NCBI GenBank assembly: GCA_038145765.1 | Contig: JAYQQG010000003.1 | Coordinates: forward strand, 8,485 to 72,484 | Source: Verrucomicrobiales bacterium | GTDB taxonomy: Bacteria; Verrucomicrobiota; Verrucomicrobiia; Limisphaerales; UBA1100 | Length of the DNA: 64,000 bases | Reading direction: 5' to 3' | Part shown: piece after piece, positions 27,072-36,524 of the stretch | Layout: every line of letters begins with the position of its first letter | Numbering within the stretch: position 1 is the stretch's first letter | Program-made: the position numbers and the translations under genes | Notes under the pieces: generated by a model | Told to the model about the DNA's origin: nothing | Databases searched by the model: none | The model's input: only the letters and a program-made list of their open reading frames with translations

Positions 27072-28000
27072 GTTGGCATCGTAAACATCTGCTGGATATC
27101 GAAAGCCTCACCGCCGAGGAAATCACCGCCGTGCTCGACACCGCGCGCGAATTCAAGGCCGTCGGCGAACGCGACATCAAGAAGGTCCCCGCCCTGCAAG
27201 GCAAGACGGTGGTCAACTTCTTCGTCGAACCCTCCACCCGCACCCGCGTGAGCTTCGAGCTTTCGGCCAAGCGGCTGAGTGCGGATATCATCAATTTTTC
27301 CGCCGACGCATCGTCCTTCCAAAAAGGCGAGAGCCTCAAGGACACCGCCCGAAATCTCGAGGCGCTCAATGCCGACATCATCGTGATCCGGCACAAGGCT
27401 GCCGGCGCGCCGCATTTTCTCTCGCGGTTCCTAAACGCCCACGTGGTCAACGCCGGCGACGGTGCACATGAACATCCCACGCAGGCGTTGCTTGATGTGT
27501 TTACCATCCGCGAAAAGAAGGGGGACATCACCGGCCTCAACGTCACCATCCTCGGCGACATTCTCTACAGTCGTGTGGCCCGCTCCAATATCTGGGCCCT
27601 GCGCAAACTCGGCGCCAACGTCACTCTTTGTGGACCCAGAACGCTGGTGCCGCGGGTGTTTGAGGAGATGGGCTGCCGCGTAACTTACAATCTCAACGAT
27701 GCCTTGGCCGATGCCGACGTGATCAACCTGCTCCGCATCCAGCACGAACGCCAGCGCAAGACGATGTTCCCGAGCATCGGCGAATACGCCCGCCTATTCG
27801 GCCTCAACCGCAAACGCCTCGCCGCCACCAAGCCCGAGGCGATCATCATGCATCCGGGCCCCATGAATCGTGGTGTGGAAATAGAAAGTGAAATTGCCGA
27901 TGGCGACCGCGCCGTGATCCTCGAGCAGGTCACCAACGGCATCGCCATCCGCATGGCCGCCCTCTACCTCGTCAACGGCGGCCAGCAGGACGCGCTTTAG
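27068..28000 (+). CDS. pyrB: Aspartate carbamoyltransferase catalytic subunit
   Basis: '[14 protein letters not shown]', 'HPTQALLD' and '[13 protein letters not shown]' motifs. Confidence 0.92.
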   Translation: MSWHRKHLLDIESLTAEEITAVLDTAREFKAVGERDIKKVPALQGKTVVNFFVEPSTRTRVSFELSAKRLSADIINFSADASSFQKGESLKDTARNLEALNADIIVIRHKAAGAPHFLSRFLNAHVVNAGDGAHEHPTQALLDVFTIREKKGDITGLNVTILGDILYSRVARSNIWALRKLGANVTLCGPRTLVPRVFEEMGCRVTYNLNDALADADVINLLRIQHERQRKTMFPSIGEYARLFGLNRKRLAATKPEAIIMHPGPMNRGVEIESEIADGDRAVILEQVTNGIAIRMAALYLVNGGQQDAL

Positions 28001-28209
28001 AGTGATTCCCATTCCGTCGGGTCGATACCCGCTTGCGCAAGAATGCGCTTCATCAAGGTCCAGTCGATATCGCCGCGATGCGGATTTGGAATAGGGACCG
28101 TCAGTGATCCTCGCCGCATGACTCCATGCCGCTTACCGGGATGCGGGCCGGTCCAGCCCAGTTGACGAAAACGCCTAATCAACTCCCGCCGCTTAATGGG
28201 CTTGGGCAT
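27997..28209 (-). CDS. hicA: HicA-family mRNA interferase toxin
   Basis: '[19 protein letters not shown]...GKRHGVM...[22 protein letters not shown]'. Start set to ATG 28209. Its stop overlaps the convergent pyrB stop. Confidence 0.7.
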   Translation of the reverse strand: MPKPIKRRELIRRFRQLGWTGPHPGKRHGVMRRGSLTVPIPNPHRGDIDWTLMKRILAQAGIDPTEWESL

Positions 28210-28444
28210 GTTCCGGCTGGGGGTTGATATCCACGCCATCGATGACCTCAAAGCGATCCCCTTCGCGCAGCTTCACCAGCAGCCAGTCTTCCAACGCACT
28301 CCGCAGTTCCTCACGACAGGCCGATTCCGTATCGCCTTCCGCCCACAAGCCGGGACATTGCGGGATAGTCGCAAAGAAACGTCCATCCTCCATGACTTCA
28401 AAACGAGCATGCTTCATGGCGCGTTGGATGTAGTCGATCAACAT
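28193..28444 (-). CDS. hicB: HicB-family antitoxin (UPF0150-like)
   Basis: 83 aa with 'DGRFFATIPQCPGLWAEGDTESACREELRSALEDWL', typical of the HicB N-domain. Overlaps hicA by 17 nt. Confidence 0.7.
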   Translation of the reverse strand: MLIDYIQRAMKHARFEVMEDGRFFATIPQCPGLWAEGDTESACREELRSALEDWLLVKLREGDRFEVIDGVDINPQPEHAQAH

Positions 28445-28500
28445 GATTTTCGCGTTGTGAAAACGTACTACGATGGGCGCTAAAAAGCCAGCCCGGTGCT

Positions 28501-29076
28501 TTAGAGATTCTCTTCCAACGCCGCTTGACTGGCGGCGGCCACATCGGCGTGGAGGGATTCGTTGTGGCTGTCCATCGTCACCACGGCCGGAAAGCCTTGC
28601 ACCTCCAGCTCCCAGATCGCCTCGGGGCTGCCGAATTCTTCCTTAAAATACACGTTGCGGACCTTGGTGATATGCTCGGCAAGCACCTGCGCTGCTCCGC
28701 CAATACCATGCAAATACACGCAGCCGTTCTCCGCGCATCCGGCCAGCGTCTTCGGCCCCATGCCGCCCTTGCCGATCACGCCGCGGACACCGAATTTCTT
28801 CATGATATCCGCCTGATACGGCTCTTCGCGGATGGAGGTCGTCGGCCCGGCAGCGGTCACGTGCCATTCGCCGTTGTCATCCTGTTGCACCACGGGGCCG
28901 CAGTGATAAATGATGCCGCCCTCCAGATTCACCCCCTCCGGCAACTCGCCGCCCTCATGCAGGTACTTGTGCACCGCATCGCGCCCGGTAAACACCACGC
29001 CGGAGATGGTAACCTGATCGCCAACCTTGAGGCTGCGCACCTGTTCCTCGGTAATGGGGGTCGTCAGTTCGGTCAT
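28501..29076 (-). CDS. Fe-S hydro-lyase beta subunit (class I fumarate hydratase / tartrate dehydratase type)
   Basis: 'ISGVVFTGRDAVHKYL', 'IYHCGP' and 'GVIGKGGMG' motifs. Start ATG 29076 is adjacent to the alpha subunit stop. Confidence 0.85.
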   Translation of the reverse strand: MTELTTPITEEQVRSLKVGDQVTISGVVFTGRDAVHKYLHEGGELPEGVNLEGGIIYHCGPVVQQDDNGEWHVTAAGPTTSIREEPYQADIMKKFGVRGVIGKGGMGPKTLAGCAENGCVYLHGIGGAAQVLAEHITKVRNVYFKEEFGSPEAIWELEVQGFPAVVTMDSHNESLHADVAAASQAALEENL

Positions 29077-29077
29077 T

Positions 29078-29956
29078 TTAGTAAAGCCACTCCTGGATTT
29101 CGCCGACGCCATCCAGCTTCGCGCCATGCCGCCGGAAGGCCCAGCACATGTAGCTAATGCTCACAAAATATGAGGCCGGCACGCGGTTGGCCGCACAGAT
29201 TTTCACGCCCAACAAAGTCGTGTTCCCCCCAAAGCCCATCGGGCCAATGCCCAGCTTGTTGGCCGTGCTAAGAATATCCTGCTCCAACGCATCCAGCTCC
29301 GCGTTGTCATTGTGATCATCCAGCATGCGGAGAAACTGCGTTTTCGAGCGCTCGTATCCGGTCGCCCGATCGCCCCCAATGCAGATGCCGAGGATGCCCG
29401 GCCCGCAGCCTTTGCCCTGTGCCTGTTGCACGGCATCGAGGATCACACGCCGGCAGCCGTCGAGATCGCGGTTGGCCTTGAGCGGCGTGTTGGGCAGCGA
29501 ATACTGCGCGCCCACATTTTCGCAGCCGCCGCCCTTGAGCATCAGCCGCACCTCGAGTTGGTCCCCGCGATGTTGATGAAAATGAAAGGCCGGCGCGCCC
29601 GGGCCCACGTTGGTGCCGTCGTTTTTGCCGGTCAGGGAGTCCACGGAGTTTTGCCGGAGATACCCTCGCTTCGTCGCCTCCGTCACCGCCGCCCGCGCCG
29701 TTTCCTCAAATGTCACCTGATCAAAGCCCACCGGGCAATCCACGTAAAACAGAACGCTCCCGGTATCCTGGCAGAGCGGCTGCGATTTCTCCTTCGCCAG
29801 CGCGATATTGCGCTCAATGATCTTCATCGCATTTTCGGCGATGGTGTCCTTTTTCTCATTCTCCAACGCCGCCAAAATGCCGCGCTGCACATCATCGGGA
29901 ATCTCCGCGGACGTACGCCGAACAATCTCAATCAGGGACTCAAACAGTGGCTCCAT
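29078..29956 (-). CDS. Fe-S hydro-lyase alpha subunit (class I fumarate hydratase / tartrate dehydratase type)
   Basis: 'PLCQDTGSVLFYVD', 'MLKGGGCENV' and 'GICIGGDR' motifs. Start moved to 'MEPLFESL' (29956). Confidence 0.85.
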   Translation of the reverse strand: MEPLFESLIEIVRRTSAEIPDDVQRGILAALENEKKDTIAENAMKIIERNIALAKEKSQPLCQDTGSVLFYVDCPVGFDQVTFEETARAAVTEATKRGYLRQNSVDSLTGKNDGTNVGPGAPAFHFHQHRGDQLEVRLMLKGGGCENVGAQYSLPNTPLKANRDLDGCRRVILDAVQQAQGKGCGPGILGICIGGDRATGYERSKTQFLRMLDDHNDNAELDALEQDILSTANKLGIGPMGFGGNTTLLGVKICAANRVPASYFVSISYMCWAFRRHGAKLDGVGEIQEWLY

Positions 29957-30061
29957 GCAAAGGCCCACGCTACGAATCGGGCCGCGTGCTGTCAATGCGC
30001 GGTGCACGACCGTGGATTGGCCGTTGACGCGCGGCATTCCTCGCGGCACTTTCCCGTCTGC

Positions 30062-30898
30062 ATGAGTGAGGAATCGAAACCAGAATCCGCGCCCGCCAGC
30101 AAGGCCGGTCCTTCCGGCGGCGGCAAGCTCAGGCCCCTGCCCTTGCCGGTTTCCGTGCCGAAATGGCCGTTTCTCATGGCCGACATCATTTTTATCGGCT
30201 TGGGCTACTGGATCAGCACGCTCATCCAGGGCGAGCCTCAATCGTGGCAGATCATCAGCATCCTTGTTTGTGCGGTGCTCGGTGCGGGTTTCGCCGTGGC
30301 GCCATTTTATTTTGAGTACCGAGCCGAAGCTAAAGCCGTGGAAATCGCCCAGCTGACCACCGTGGCCAAGGAGATCGGCAAGATGGAGGCGGTCGCGCAA
30401 CAAATTGCCGACGCATCCGAAAGCTGGGCTTCAGTTCAATCCACCTCGGAACAAACGGCCAAGCTGGCCGAGGAAATTGCCTCCGGCATGGCCGCCACGG
30501 TGAAAGACCATGACGAGTTCATGGCCAATGCCAATACCGAGGAATTGAACACGCTCAAGCTCGAGGTCAACAAACTCCGCCGCGTCGAGGCGGATTGGGC
30601 CAACACGTTGGTGGGGGTCCTCGATCTTGTGTACCGGCTGGAACAATCCGCCCAAGCCTCGGGGAAAGAACAATTCATCCAAACCATGACCCAATTTCAG
30701 GGCCAATGCCGGGAGGTGGCTCGGCGGGTCGGATTGGTCGCCTTCGAGGCCGAAAAGGGTGCGGCGTTTAATCCCGACGAACACGCGCTGCCGGAAGGGG
30801 AACAAGCCGGGGATAACGCCTCGGTTACTCAGACCCGCTTACCGGGTTTTCGTTTACAGGGCAAACTGGTGCGCAAACCGCTGGTGGCGGTCAGCTAA
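30062..30898 (+). CDS. Membrane-anchored GrpE-like protein
   Basis: Only the last 278 codons of track ORF 29312..30898 are non-antisense. Two TM helices and a coiled region precede a C-terminus ('LVGVLDLVYRLEQ..VGLVAFEAEKGAAFNPDEHALP..GFRLQGKLVRKPLVAV') collinear with the GrpE dimerisation/beta domain. Confidence 0.55.
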   Translation: MSEESKPESAPASKAGPSGGGKLRPLPLPVSVPKWPFLMADIIFIGLGYWISTLIQGEPQSWQIISILVCAVLGAGFAVAPFYFEYRAEAKAVEIAQLTTVAKEIGKMEAVAQQIADASESWASVQSTSEQTAKLAEEIASGMAATVKDHDEFMANANTEELNTLKLEVNKLRRVEADWANTLVGVLDLVYRLEQSAQASGKEQFIQTMTQFQGQCREVARRVGLVAFEAEKGAAFNPDEHALPEGEQAGDNASVTQTRLPGFRLQGKLVRKPLVAVS

Positions 30899-31674
30899 TG
30901 TTTTCGACTGGCGTGTGCACAGACACCCCGTGTGCTGGCCGCAATAAACTCCAACATCGCGCGCGCCTTGTTCCCGGGCGAGGCTTCCAGTGCTTCCGCC
31001 ACGGTGGCTCCCACATGATTCCCTTCGAGAAAAATCCGCTTATAGTGGAAGTTCAGTTCGCGCCGTTGCTCCGCGGTGAACCCCGCGCGTCGCAGGCCCA
31101 CCACATTCAACCCGCATAACTTGTTCACGCCAAAGGCCATGGTGTACGGCGGCAAATCCTGACTCACGGCCGCATTGCCCTGCATCATTGCCAGCGTCCC
31201 CACCCGTACAAATTGATGGACGGCCGTGTGTCCCGACAGGAATACCCGGTCGCCAATCACCGCGTGTCCGCCGATTAACGCCCCATTGGCGAAGATATTG
31301 TTGTTTCCGATCACAGCATTATGGCCCACGTGACTGTGTGCCATGAAGAAGTTGTCCGAGCCAATGGTGGTGTCCTCCTCCAGCGTGTTCGACCGATGCA
31401 GCGTGACATGTTCCCGAATCACATTCCGGTTTCCCAACCGCAGCCGGGTCGATTCATTCTGATATTTGAGATCCTGCGGCGCATCACCAATCACGGCCCC
31501 ACTATGGATGATGTTTTCCGCGCCCAAATCCGTATGCCCGGTGAGATGCACATACGGCCCCACACGGCAGCCTTCCCCCACGCGGACATGGGCATCGATT
31601 ACGGCATAGGGCCCCACCTGCACGGTTTCATGCAATTCGGCTTTGGGATCGATTATGGCGGTGGGGTGGATCAT
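30895..31674 (-). CDS. lpxA: Acyl-ACP--UDP-N-acetylglucosamine O-acyltransferase
   Basis: Hexapeptide repeats from 'MIHPTAIIDPKAEL'. C-terminal 'GLNVVGLRRAGF' helical domain. Confidence 0.9.
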   Translation of the reverse strand: MIHPTAIIDPKAELHETVQVGPYAVIDAHVRVGEGCRVGPYVHLTGHTDLGAENIIHSGAVIGDAPQDLKYQNESTRLRLGNRNVIREHVTLHRSNTLEEDTTIGSDNFFMAHSHVGHNAVIGNNNIFANGALIGGHAVIGDRVFLSGHTAVHQFVRVGTLAMMQGNAAVSQDLPPYTMAFGVNKLCGLNVVGLRRAGFTAEQRRELNFHYKRIFLEGNHVGATVAEALEASPGNKARAMLEFIAASTRGVCAHASRKH

Positions 31675-31736
31675 GGGGATAACCGGTAAGTCATTCCCAA
31701 TACCGAAGGAAGCCCCAAAGCCCAAGCTTCAAATCT

Positions 31737-32423
31737 TCATTCGTAAAAGTAGCCGTGCTCCTTGAGCGAATAATAATCTCGTTCCCGTTCATTTGTGCGG
31801 CGGCCGAGGATGATATGATCCAGCACCTCGATCTTCAGCAGTTGCCCCGCCCAGATGAGGTCGCGCGTCACGGTGATATCAGCCTTGGAAGGCGTGGGGT
31901 CACCGCTCGGGTGGTTGTGCACCAACACCACCGCTGATGCATTGGCCGCCACCGCATGTCGAAATACATCCCGCGGGTGTACGATTGCCGCATCAAGTGT
32001 TCCTCGTGTTAGCACCTCCTTACGCACCAAACGCCGGCGCGTGTCCAAGAGCAGCGCATAGAAATGTTCCACCGTGTACGGTCGACATTCTTCCCGCAAC
32101 AAGTCGGCCACCGCTTCCGGCTGATCTAACAGCGGCGCTGCCGTTTGAATTTCCGCCGCCATCCGGCGGGCAAGTGTAAAGGCGGCCTTCAGCGCGATGG
32201 CCTTGTCCCGGCCGACTCCTCGGATTTTCTGCAACTCCTCCAACGTCGCCCGGGCCAACTCGCCCAGAGAGCCAAACCGTTGAATTAGGGCCTTTCCCAA
32301 CTCTACCGCCGATTGCCCACGCAATCCTGTTCGCAGTAGAATTGCGATTAATTCGGCATCGGCCAGCCGGTCGCGCGGCCGTTCCCGGTGCGGCAGATCC
32401 TTGATGCGGGATGGCAGGGTCAC
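31737..32423 (-). CDS. radC: RadC-family JAB/MPN domain protein
   Basis: 'PRERL...ELIAILLRTG' and 'HNHPSGDPTPSKADITVT' motifs. Confidence 0.85.
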   Translation of the reverse strand: MTLPSRIKDLPHRERPRDRLADAELIAILLRTGLRGQSAVELGKALIQRFGSLGELARATLEELQKIRGVGRDKAIALKAAFTLARRMAAEIQTAAPLLDQPEAVADLLREECRPYTVEHFYALLLDTRRRLVRKEVLTRGTLDAAIVHPRDVFRHAVAANASAVVLVHNHPSGDPTPSKADITVTRDLIWAGQLLKIEVLDHIILGRRTNERERDYYSLKEHGYFYE

Positions 32424-32460
32424 GATAGGAATCGTGAACTTTTATAGTGCCGGAGCAAGT

Positions 32461-33753
32461 CTATTCCTCGGCGGAGCCGGGGTCTTGGCGGAACGCCTCA
32501 AATTCCGCCTGCGCGTGGGCCGGAATTCGTGCCTGTAAATGGACCCACTCGCCCTCATACCGTTCGGCATCTATCTGGCCGAGGGCCCGCACCCGTGCCT
32601 GAACCGCCCCGTTGGCCGCCGGAATTCGCAGGTTCAAACATTGCCGGATCGGCCGCAACATGGTGCCCAGCTCGGCCATTAACTCGTCCAACCCTTCCCC
32701 CGTACGTGCCGACACGGCTACGGCATGATCGTATTCTCGCAACCAATGCAGGTTGCCGTTTCGCTCGGGCAGGCGATCTACCTTGTTGAACACCATGAGC
32801 GTCGGTTTGTTTTTTCCGTCTATTTCCTCCAGTACTTCGTCGACCGCATGGATCTGTTCGGCCGCGGCTCTGTTGGAGACATCGACCACGTGCATTAAGA
32901 TATCGGCCTCCACCACTTCTTCCAACGTGGCTTTGAAGGACTCGACAAGTTGATGCGGCAGTTTGCGAATGAACCCCACCGTGTCGCTCAGCAATGCGTT
33001 TTGATTGGTGGGCAAGCGGAGTCGGCGGGTCGTGGGATCGAGTGTGGCAAAAAGTTTGTCCTCGCTCAACACCTCGGCCCCGGTGAGCGTGTTTAGCAAG
33101 GTGGATTTGCCGGCGTTGGTGTAGCCGACGATCGAGACGAGCGGCCAGTTGCTGCGTTGCCGTCCGCTGCGTTGGGTTGACCGCACCCTTTTCACTTCCT
33201 CCAATTCTCTTCGCAGCCGCGCGATGCGTTCCTGAATGCGCCGGCGGTCAACCTCCAACTGCGATTCGCCATCGCCCCGCATGCCAATGCCGCCTTTTTG
33301 CCGCGACAGGTGCGTCCACATCCGTGTTAATCGCGGTAAAATATGCTGCAGCTGGGCCATCTCTATCTGCATCTTGCCTTCGCGGGTGCGGGCCCGCTGT
33401 GCGAATATATCGAGAATTAATGCGGTTCGATCGAGCACCTTGCAGTCAAAAAGCCGCTCCAGGTTTCGCGTCTGCGCTGGGCTCAATTCATCATCAAATA
33501 TCACCGTTTCCGCACCGCCCGCCTTGGCCGCCTCGGCGAATTCCTCGGCCTTGCCCTTGCCGATAAACGTGGCTACGTGGGGGCGTTCCAGCTTTTGTGT
33601 CCCTTCACCAACGATGGTCGCGCCTGCGGTCGTGGCCAGCTCGGCGAGTTCCTCCATCGATTCATGGACTTCGACCGAGCTCCCCTGCTTGAGCTCCGCC
33701 CCCACGAGAAAAACGCGCTCGTTTTGGCCTTCCTGTTCGGCGAGGGATTTCAC
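32461..33753 (-). CDS. hflX: GTPase HflX
   Basis: HflX N-domain ('LILDIFAQRARTREGKMQIEMAQL') plus G-domain 'IVGYTNAGKSTLLN', 'DTVGF' and 'NKVD'. Confidence 0.9.
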   Translation of the reverse strand: MKSLAEQEGQNERVFLVGAELKQGSSVEVHESMEELAELATTAGATIVGEGTQKLERPHVATFIGKGKAEEFAEAAKAGGAETVIFDDELSPAQTRNLERLFDCKVLDRTALILDIFAQRARTREGKMQIEMAQLQHILPRLTRMWTHLSRQKGGIGMRGDGESQLEVDRRRIQERIARLRRELEEVKRVRSTQRSGRQRSNWPLVSIVGYTNAGKSTLLNTLTGAEVLSEDKLFATLDPTTRRLRLPTNQNALLSDTVGFIRKLPHQLVESFKATLEEVVEADILMHVVDVSNRAAAEQIHAVDEVLEEIDGKNKPTLMVFNKVDRLPERNGNLHWLREYDHAVAVSARTGEGLDELMAELGTMLRPIRQCLNLRIPAANGAVQARVRALGQIDAERYEGEWVHLQARIPAHAQAEFEAFRQDPGSAEE

Positions 33754-34643
33754 GATTTATTGCGGGCCTTGTTCAAAATGCGCTGTGCCGTTTCGGCGGG
33801 TTCCTCGTCGGTGGACACGGCCATGATCTCCGCTCCCTGGAGTCGGCGGAACCACGTCTTTTGTCTCCGTGCGAATTGCCATGTGCGGGATTTAACCAAG
33901 GCGACCGTCTCCGGCAAGTCCTGTTCGCCCCGCAGGTGCCCAATAACCTGTCGATATCCGAGGGCTTGTTGCGCGACGCGATTGCCCTCCAAGGCTGCGC
34001 GCAGGGAACAAGTTTCCTCCACCAATCCGGCCGCAAACATGGCCTCCACCCGTTTCTCTATCCGGGTGCGTAAATCCTCTCGTTCGCGTTCAATTAGAAA
34101 GAAGTTGGCCGGTGCGGTATTTTCCCATTGTGCACGCTGTTTGGAAAAGGGTTGGCCCGTCAATCGAATGACCTCCAAGGCCCGCACAACCCGGCGGGAA
34201 TTTTCACGATCAATGGTCGCATACGTCTCGGGATCGGCCGCCGCCAATTCCTCCTGTCTTTCTTCCGGCGTCATCGCCTCGAGTTCCGCCCTTACGGTGG
34301 GATCGGCGCTGGGTGCCGTGCCCAACCCTTCGTGCCATGCCTGAAAATACAATCCCGTGCCCCCACAAAAAATCGGCTGCTCCATCTCCGGTATGCGCTG
34401 GTCCACCTCCACCACAAACTGTGCCGCATCAAAGGATTCCTCCAGGGTTGCGCAGTCGATGAGATGATGCGGCACCGCCTCCTGCTCGGCGGCACTCGGC
34501 TTGGCCGTGCCAATGTCGAGCCCCCGGTAGACCTGCATGGAATCGACTGAGATGATTTCGCCTCCCTGTTGCCGGGCCAGCTCTATGGCGATGGCGCTTT
34601 TGCCGCTGGCGGTGGAGCCGGCGATGAAAATGGGCTTCCCCAT
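33750..34643 (-). CDS. miaA: tRNA dimethylallyltransferase
   Basis: 'IFIAGSTASGKSAIAIELA', 'IISVDSMQVYRGLDIGTAKP' and 'PHHLID' motifs. Confidence 0.9.
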   Translation of the reverse strand: MGKPIFIAGSTASGKSAIAIELARQQGGEIISVDSMQVYRGLDIGTAKPSAAEQEAVPHHLIDCATLEESFDAAQFVVEVDQRIPEMEQPIFCGGTGLYFQAWHEGLGTAPSADPTVRAELEAMTPEERQEELAAADPETYATIDRENSRRVVRALEVIRLTGQPFSKQRAQWENTAPANFFLIEREREDLRTRIEKRVEAMFAAGLVEETCSLRAALEGNRVAQQALGYRQVIGHLRGEQDLPETVALVKSRTWQFARRQKTWFRRLQGAEIMAVSTDEEPAETAQRILNKARNKS

Positions 34644-35195
34644 TCATTCCTCCTTCATCGGTTTCTCTGCTTCTTCTTCTGTCTCTTGCACGCGCCACGC
34701 CATGATAAACAGCAGGCCGACGCCCACACAGATCCCGATGTCGGCAATGTTAAAGGCGGGGTATCCAATCTCTGTCCCGCCGCGTTGTTTGAGATAAAAC
34801 CGGATGAAATCAACCACGTGTTGATGGACGACGCGATCAATTAAATTCCCCACGATGCCTCCGATGAGTAGCCCCATGGCGAGCTTGCCTTGGGCACTTC
34901 GTATCTCAAACTGATGTCGCCAATAGATGAGCGCTCCGAGTGCGAACAGGGAGATCACCGCCAGTTGCAGACTTTTTCCCTGAAATTGACTCCAGGCCGC
35001 ACCTGTGTTGTGCCAGTTGACGAATTTGAGAAATCCTTCGATGACCACGATCTGTTTCGTCGGATCAATGGCGTTGATGACGATCAGCTTGGTGAGCTGA
35101 TCCGCCATCAACACAATCGCTGCCGTGACGAGTATGCGTGTTTCCTGCAAAAACGGCACGGTCCCTTCGGGTTCCGTGGCTCCAGAAGAAATCAT
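34644..35195 (-). CDS. lspA: Lipoprotein signal peptidase (signal peptidase II)
   Basis: 'NTGAAWS', 'GGIVGNLIDR' and 'VVDFI..FNIADIGI' motifs. Abuts miaA. Confidence 0.85.
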   Translation of the reverse strand: MISSGATEPEGTVPFLQETRILVTAAIVLMADQLTKLIVINAIDPTKQIVVIEGFLKFVNWHNTGAAWSQFQGKSLQLAVISLFALGALIYWRHQFEIRSAQGKLAMGLLIGGIVGNLIDRVVHQHVVDFIRFYLKQRGGTEIGYPAFNIADIGICVGVGLLFIMAWRVQETEEEAEKPMKEE

Positions 35196-35210
35196 GGGTC
35201 CGCCGCGGGG

Positions 35211-36314
35211 CTAGTTTGTGCGCATGGGCATCAGCACGTATAGAAACGGGGTGTTGCTCTTGATCACGCCCGGGCTGAGGCTGTCGGTCAACTCCACATA
35301 AATCTCGTCTCCCTCGAGAATTTTGAGCGGCTCCATGAGATAAACTGGGTTGAATGCCACCTCAATCTCCGGCCCGGAATATTGGATCGCGATGGATTCG
35401 CGTCCTGAACCGATATCCGGAGTATTCGCCGTAATGGCCAGTGTATTGTCGGCGAACTTGAGTTTCACTGAGTTGGCTTTGTCGCTGGTGATCTGATCGG
35501 CGCGGCGCAACGCGTGATGCAGTTCCTCTCGCACCACGGTGATACGCTGCTCGCTCTCGGCCGGAATCACCTGTTTGTAATTTGGAAAATTTCCTTCCAC
35601 TAATTTGCTGTGGATCCGAATTGCTTCCCCACTCTCCTGGGGCACGGTGAATTCTACGTGCGTTTCGCCCACCCCTATTGCCACTTCCCCTTCGCTTCCC
35701 AACAAGCGTTGCAGCTCGGCAACTGCTTTGGTGGGGAGGATGAACTGGGCTTTGGTGCCTCCCTCAATTTCCTCTTCCACCAGTGCCAACCGCCTTCCGT
35801 CGGTGGCCACCAAGGTCAGTCGCTCGGGCTCGGCCACGATGTTGATGCCGTTGAGGGTGTGGCGGGATTCATCGGTGGATACCGCGTAGCCCGTCTTGCG
35901 AATCATCTCTCTAAATTTTGCCTGCCCAACCTTAATCTTGCCACTTTCTTGAAATTTCGCCGTTGGCGGATATTCCTCCGCCCCGATTCCGTGCAATTTG
36001 TAATTGGCGGCCCCTGCTTGGACGGTGGCTATTTCTTTGTCATTGATCTCGATTTCGATCTCCGTTGCCTCAATTTCCCGAACCAATCCAAACAACCGCT
36101 TGGCGGGCAGCGATGAGGCTCCCTCACTTTCGACCTTGGCGGGCACGGAGGCGTGGATGCTCACCTCTAAATCGGTGGCGCGGAGCTCCAACTTGTTGTC
36201 GCCTGCGATCAACAGTACATTGGACAAGATGGGAAGTGTCGATCGGGCTCCCACGACGTTCTGCACTGTTTGCAGTCCGGAGGAGAGGTCTTCCTTGGAA
36301 ACGGAGATTTTCAC
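35211..36314 (-). CDS. dnaN: DNA polymerase III beta sliding clamp
   Basis: 367 aa with 'STLPILSNVLL', 'ATDGRRLA' and 'YVLMPMR' motifs. GTG start at 36314. Confidence 0.92.
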   Translation of the reverse strand: MKISVSKEDLSSGLQTVQNVVGARSTLPILSNVLLIAGDNKLELRATDLEVSIHASVPAKVESEGASSLPAKRLFGLVREIEATEIEIEINDKEIATVQAGAANYKLHGIGAEEYPPTAKFQESGKIKVGQAKFREMIRKTGYAVSTDESRHTLNGINIVAEPERLTLVATDGRRLALVEEEIEGGTKAQFILPTKAVAELQRLLGSEGEVAIGVGETHVEFTVPQESGEAIRIHSKLVEGNFPNYKQVIPAESEQRITVVREELHHALRRADQITSDKANSVKLKFADNTLAITANTPDIGSGRESIAIQYSGPEIEVAFNPVYLMEPLKILEGDEIYVELTDSLSPGVIKSNTPFLYVLMPMRTN

Positions 36315-36524
36315 GGGTGCTTACTAAAAGATGAATTCTTAAAGAACCAAGTTATTATTAAGGGGCGTGGATAAGGCAAACAACCTTGAGAGTCAAGAAA
36401 GCGCGCAGAAAACACGGGCCATTCTTGTACACACCCGGTGCGGAAAAAAATGGGGAAAAAAACAATAACTCGAACAAGAGAGGGGAAATTCGATTTATCA
36501 CTGGATAATTCACACGGAAGAAGC

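Noticed and set aside
26489-27561. Minus-strand ORFs 26489..27415 (308 aa) and 26932..27561 (209 aa)
   Set aside because: They lie antisense to pyrR and pyrB, which have unambiguous signatures. They are shadow ORFs of a GC-rich region.
29312-30061. The first 250 codons of the 528-aa + strand ORF 29312..30898
   Set aside because: This part is entirely antisense to the well-supported fumarase alpha-subunit gene, is Arg/Ala/His-rich as is typical of high-GC shadow frames, and has no recognisable motifs. Only the part from ATG 30062 was kept.
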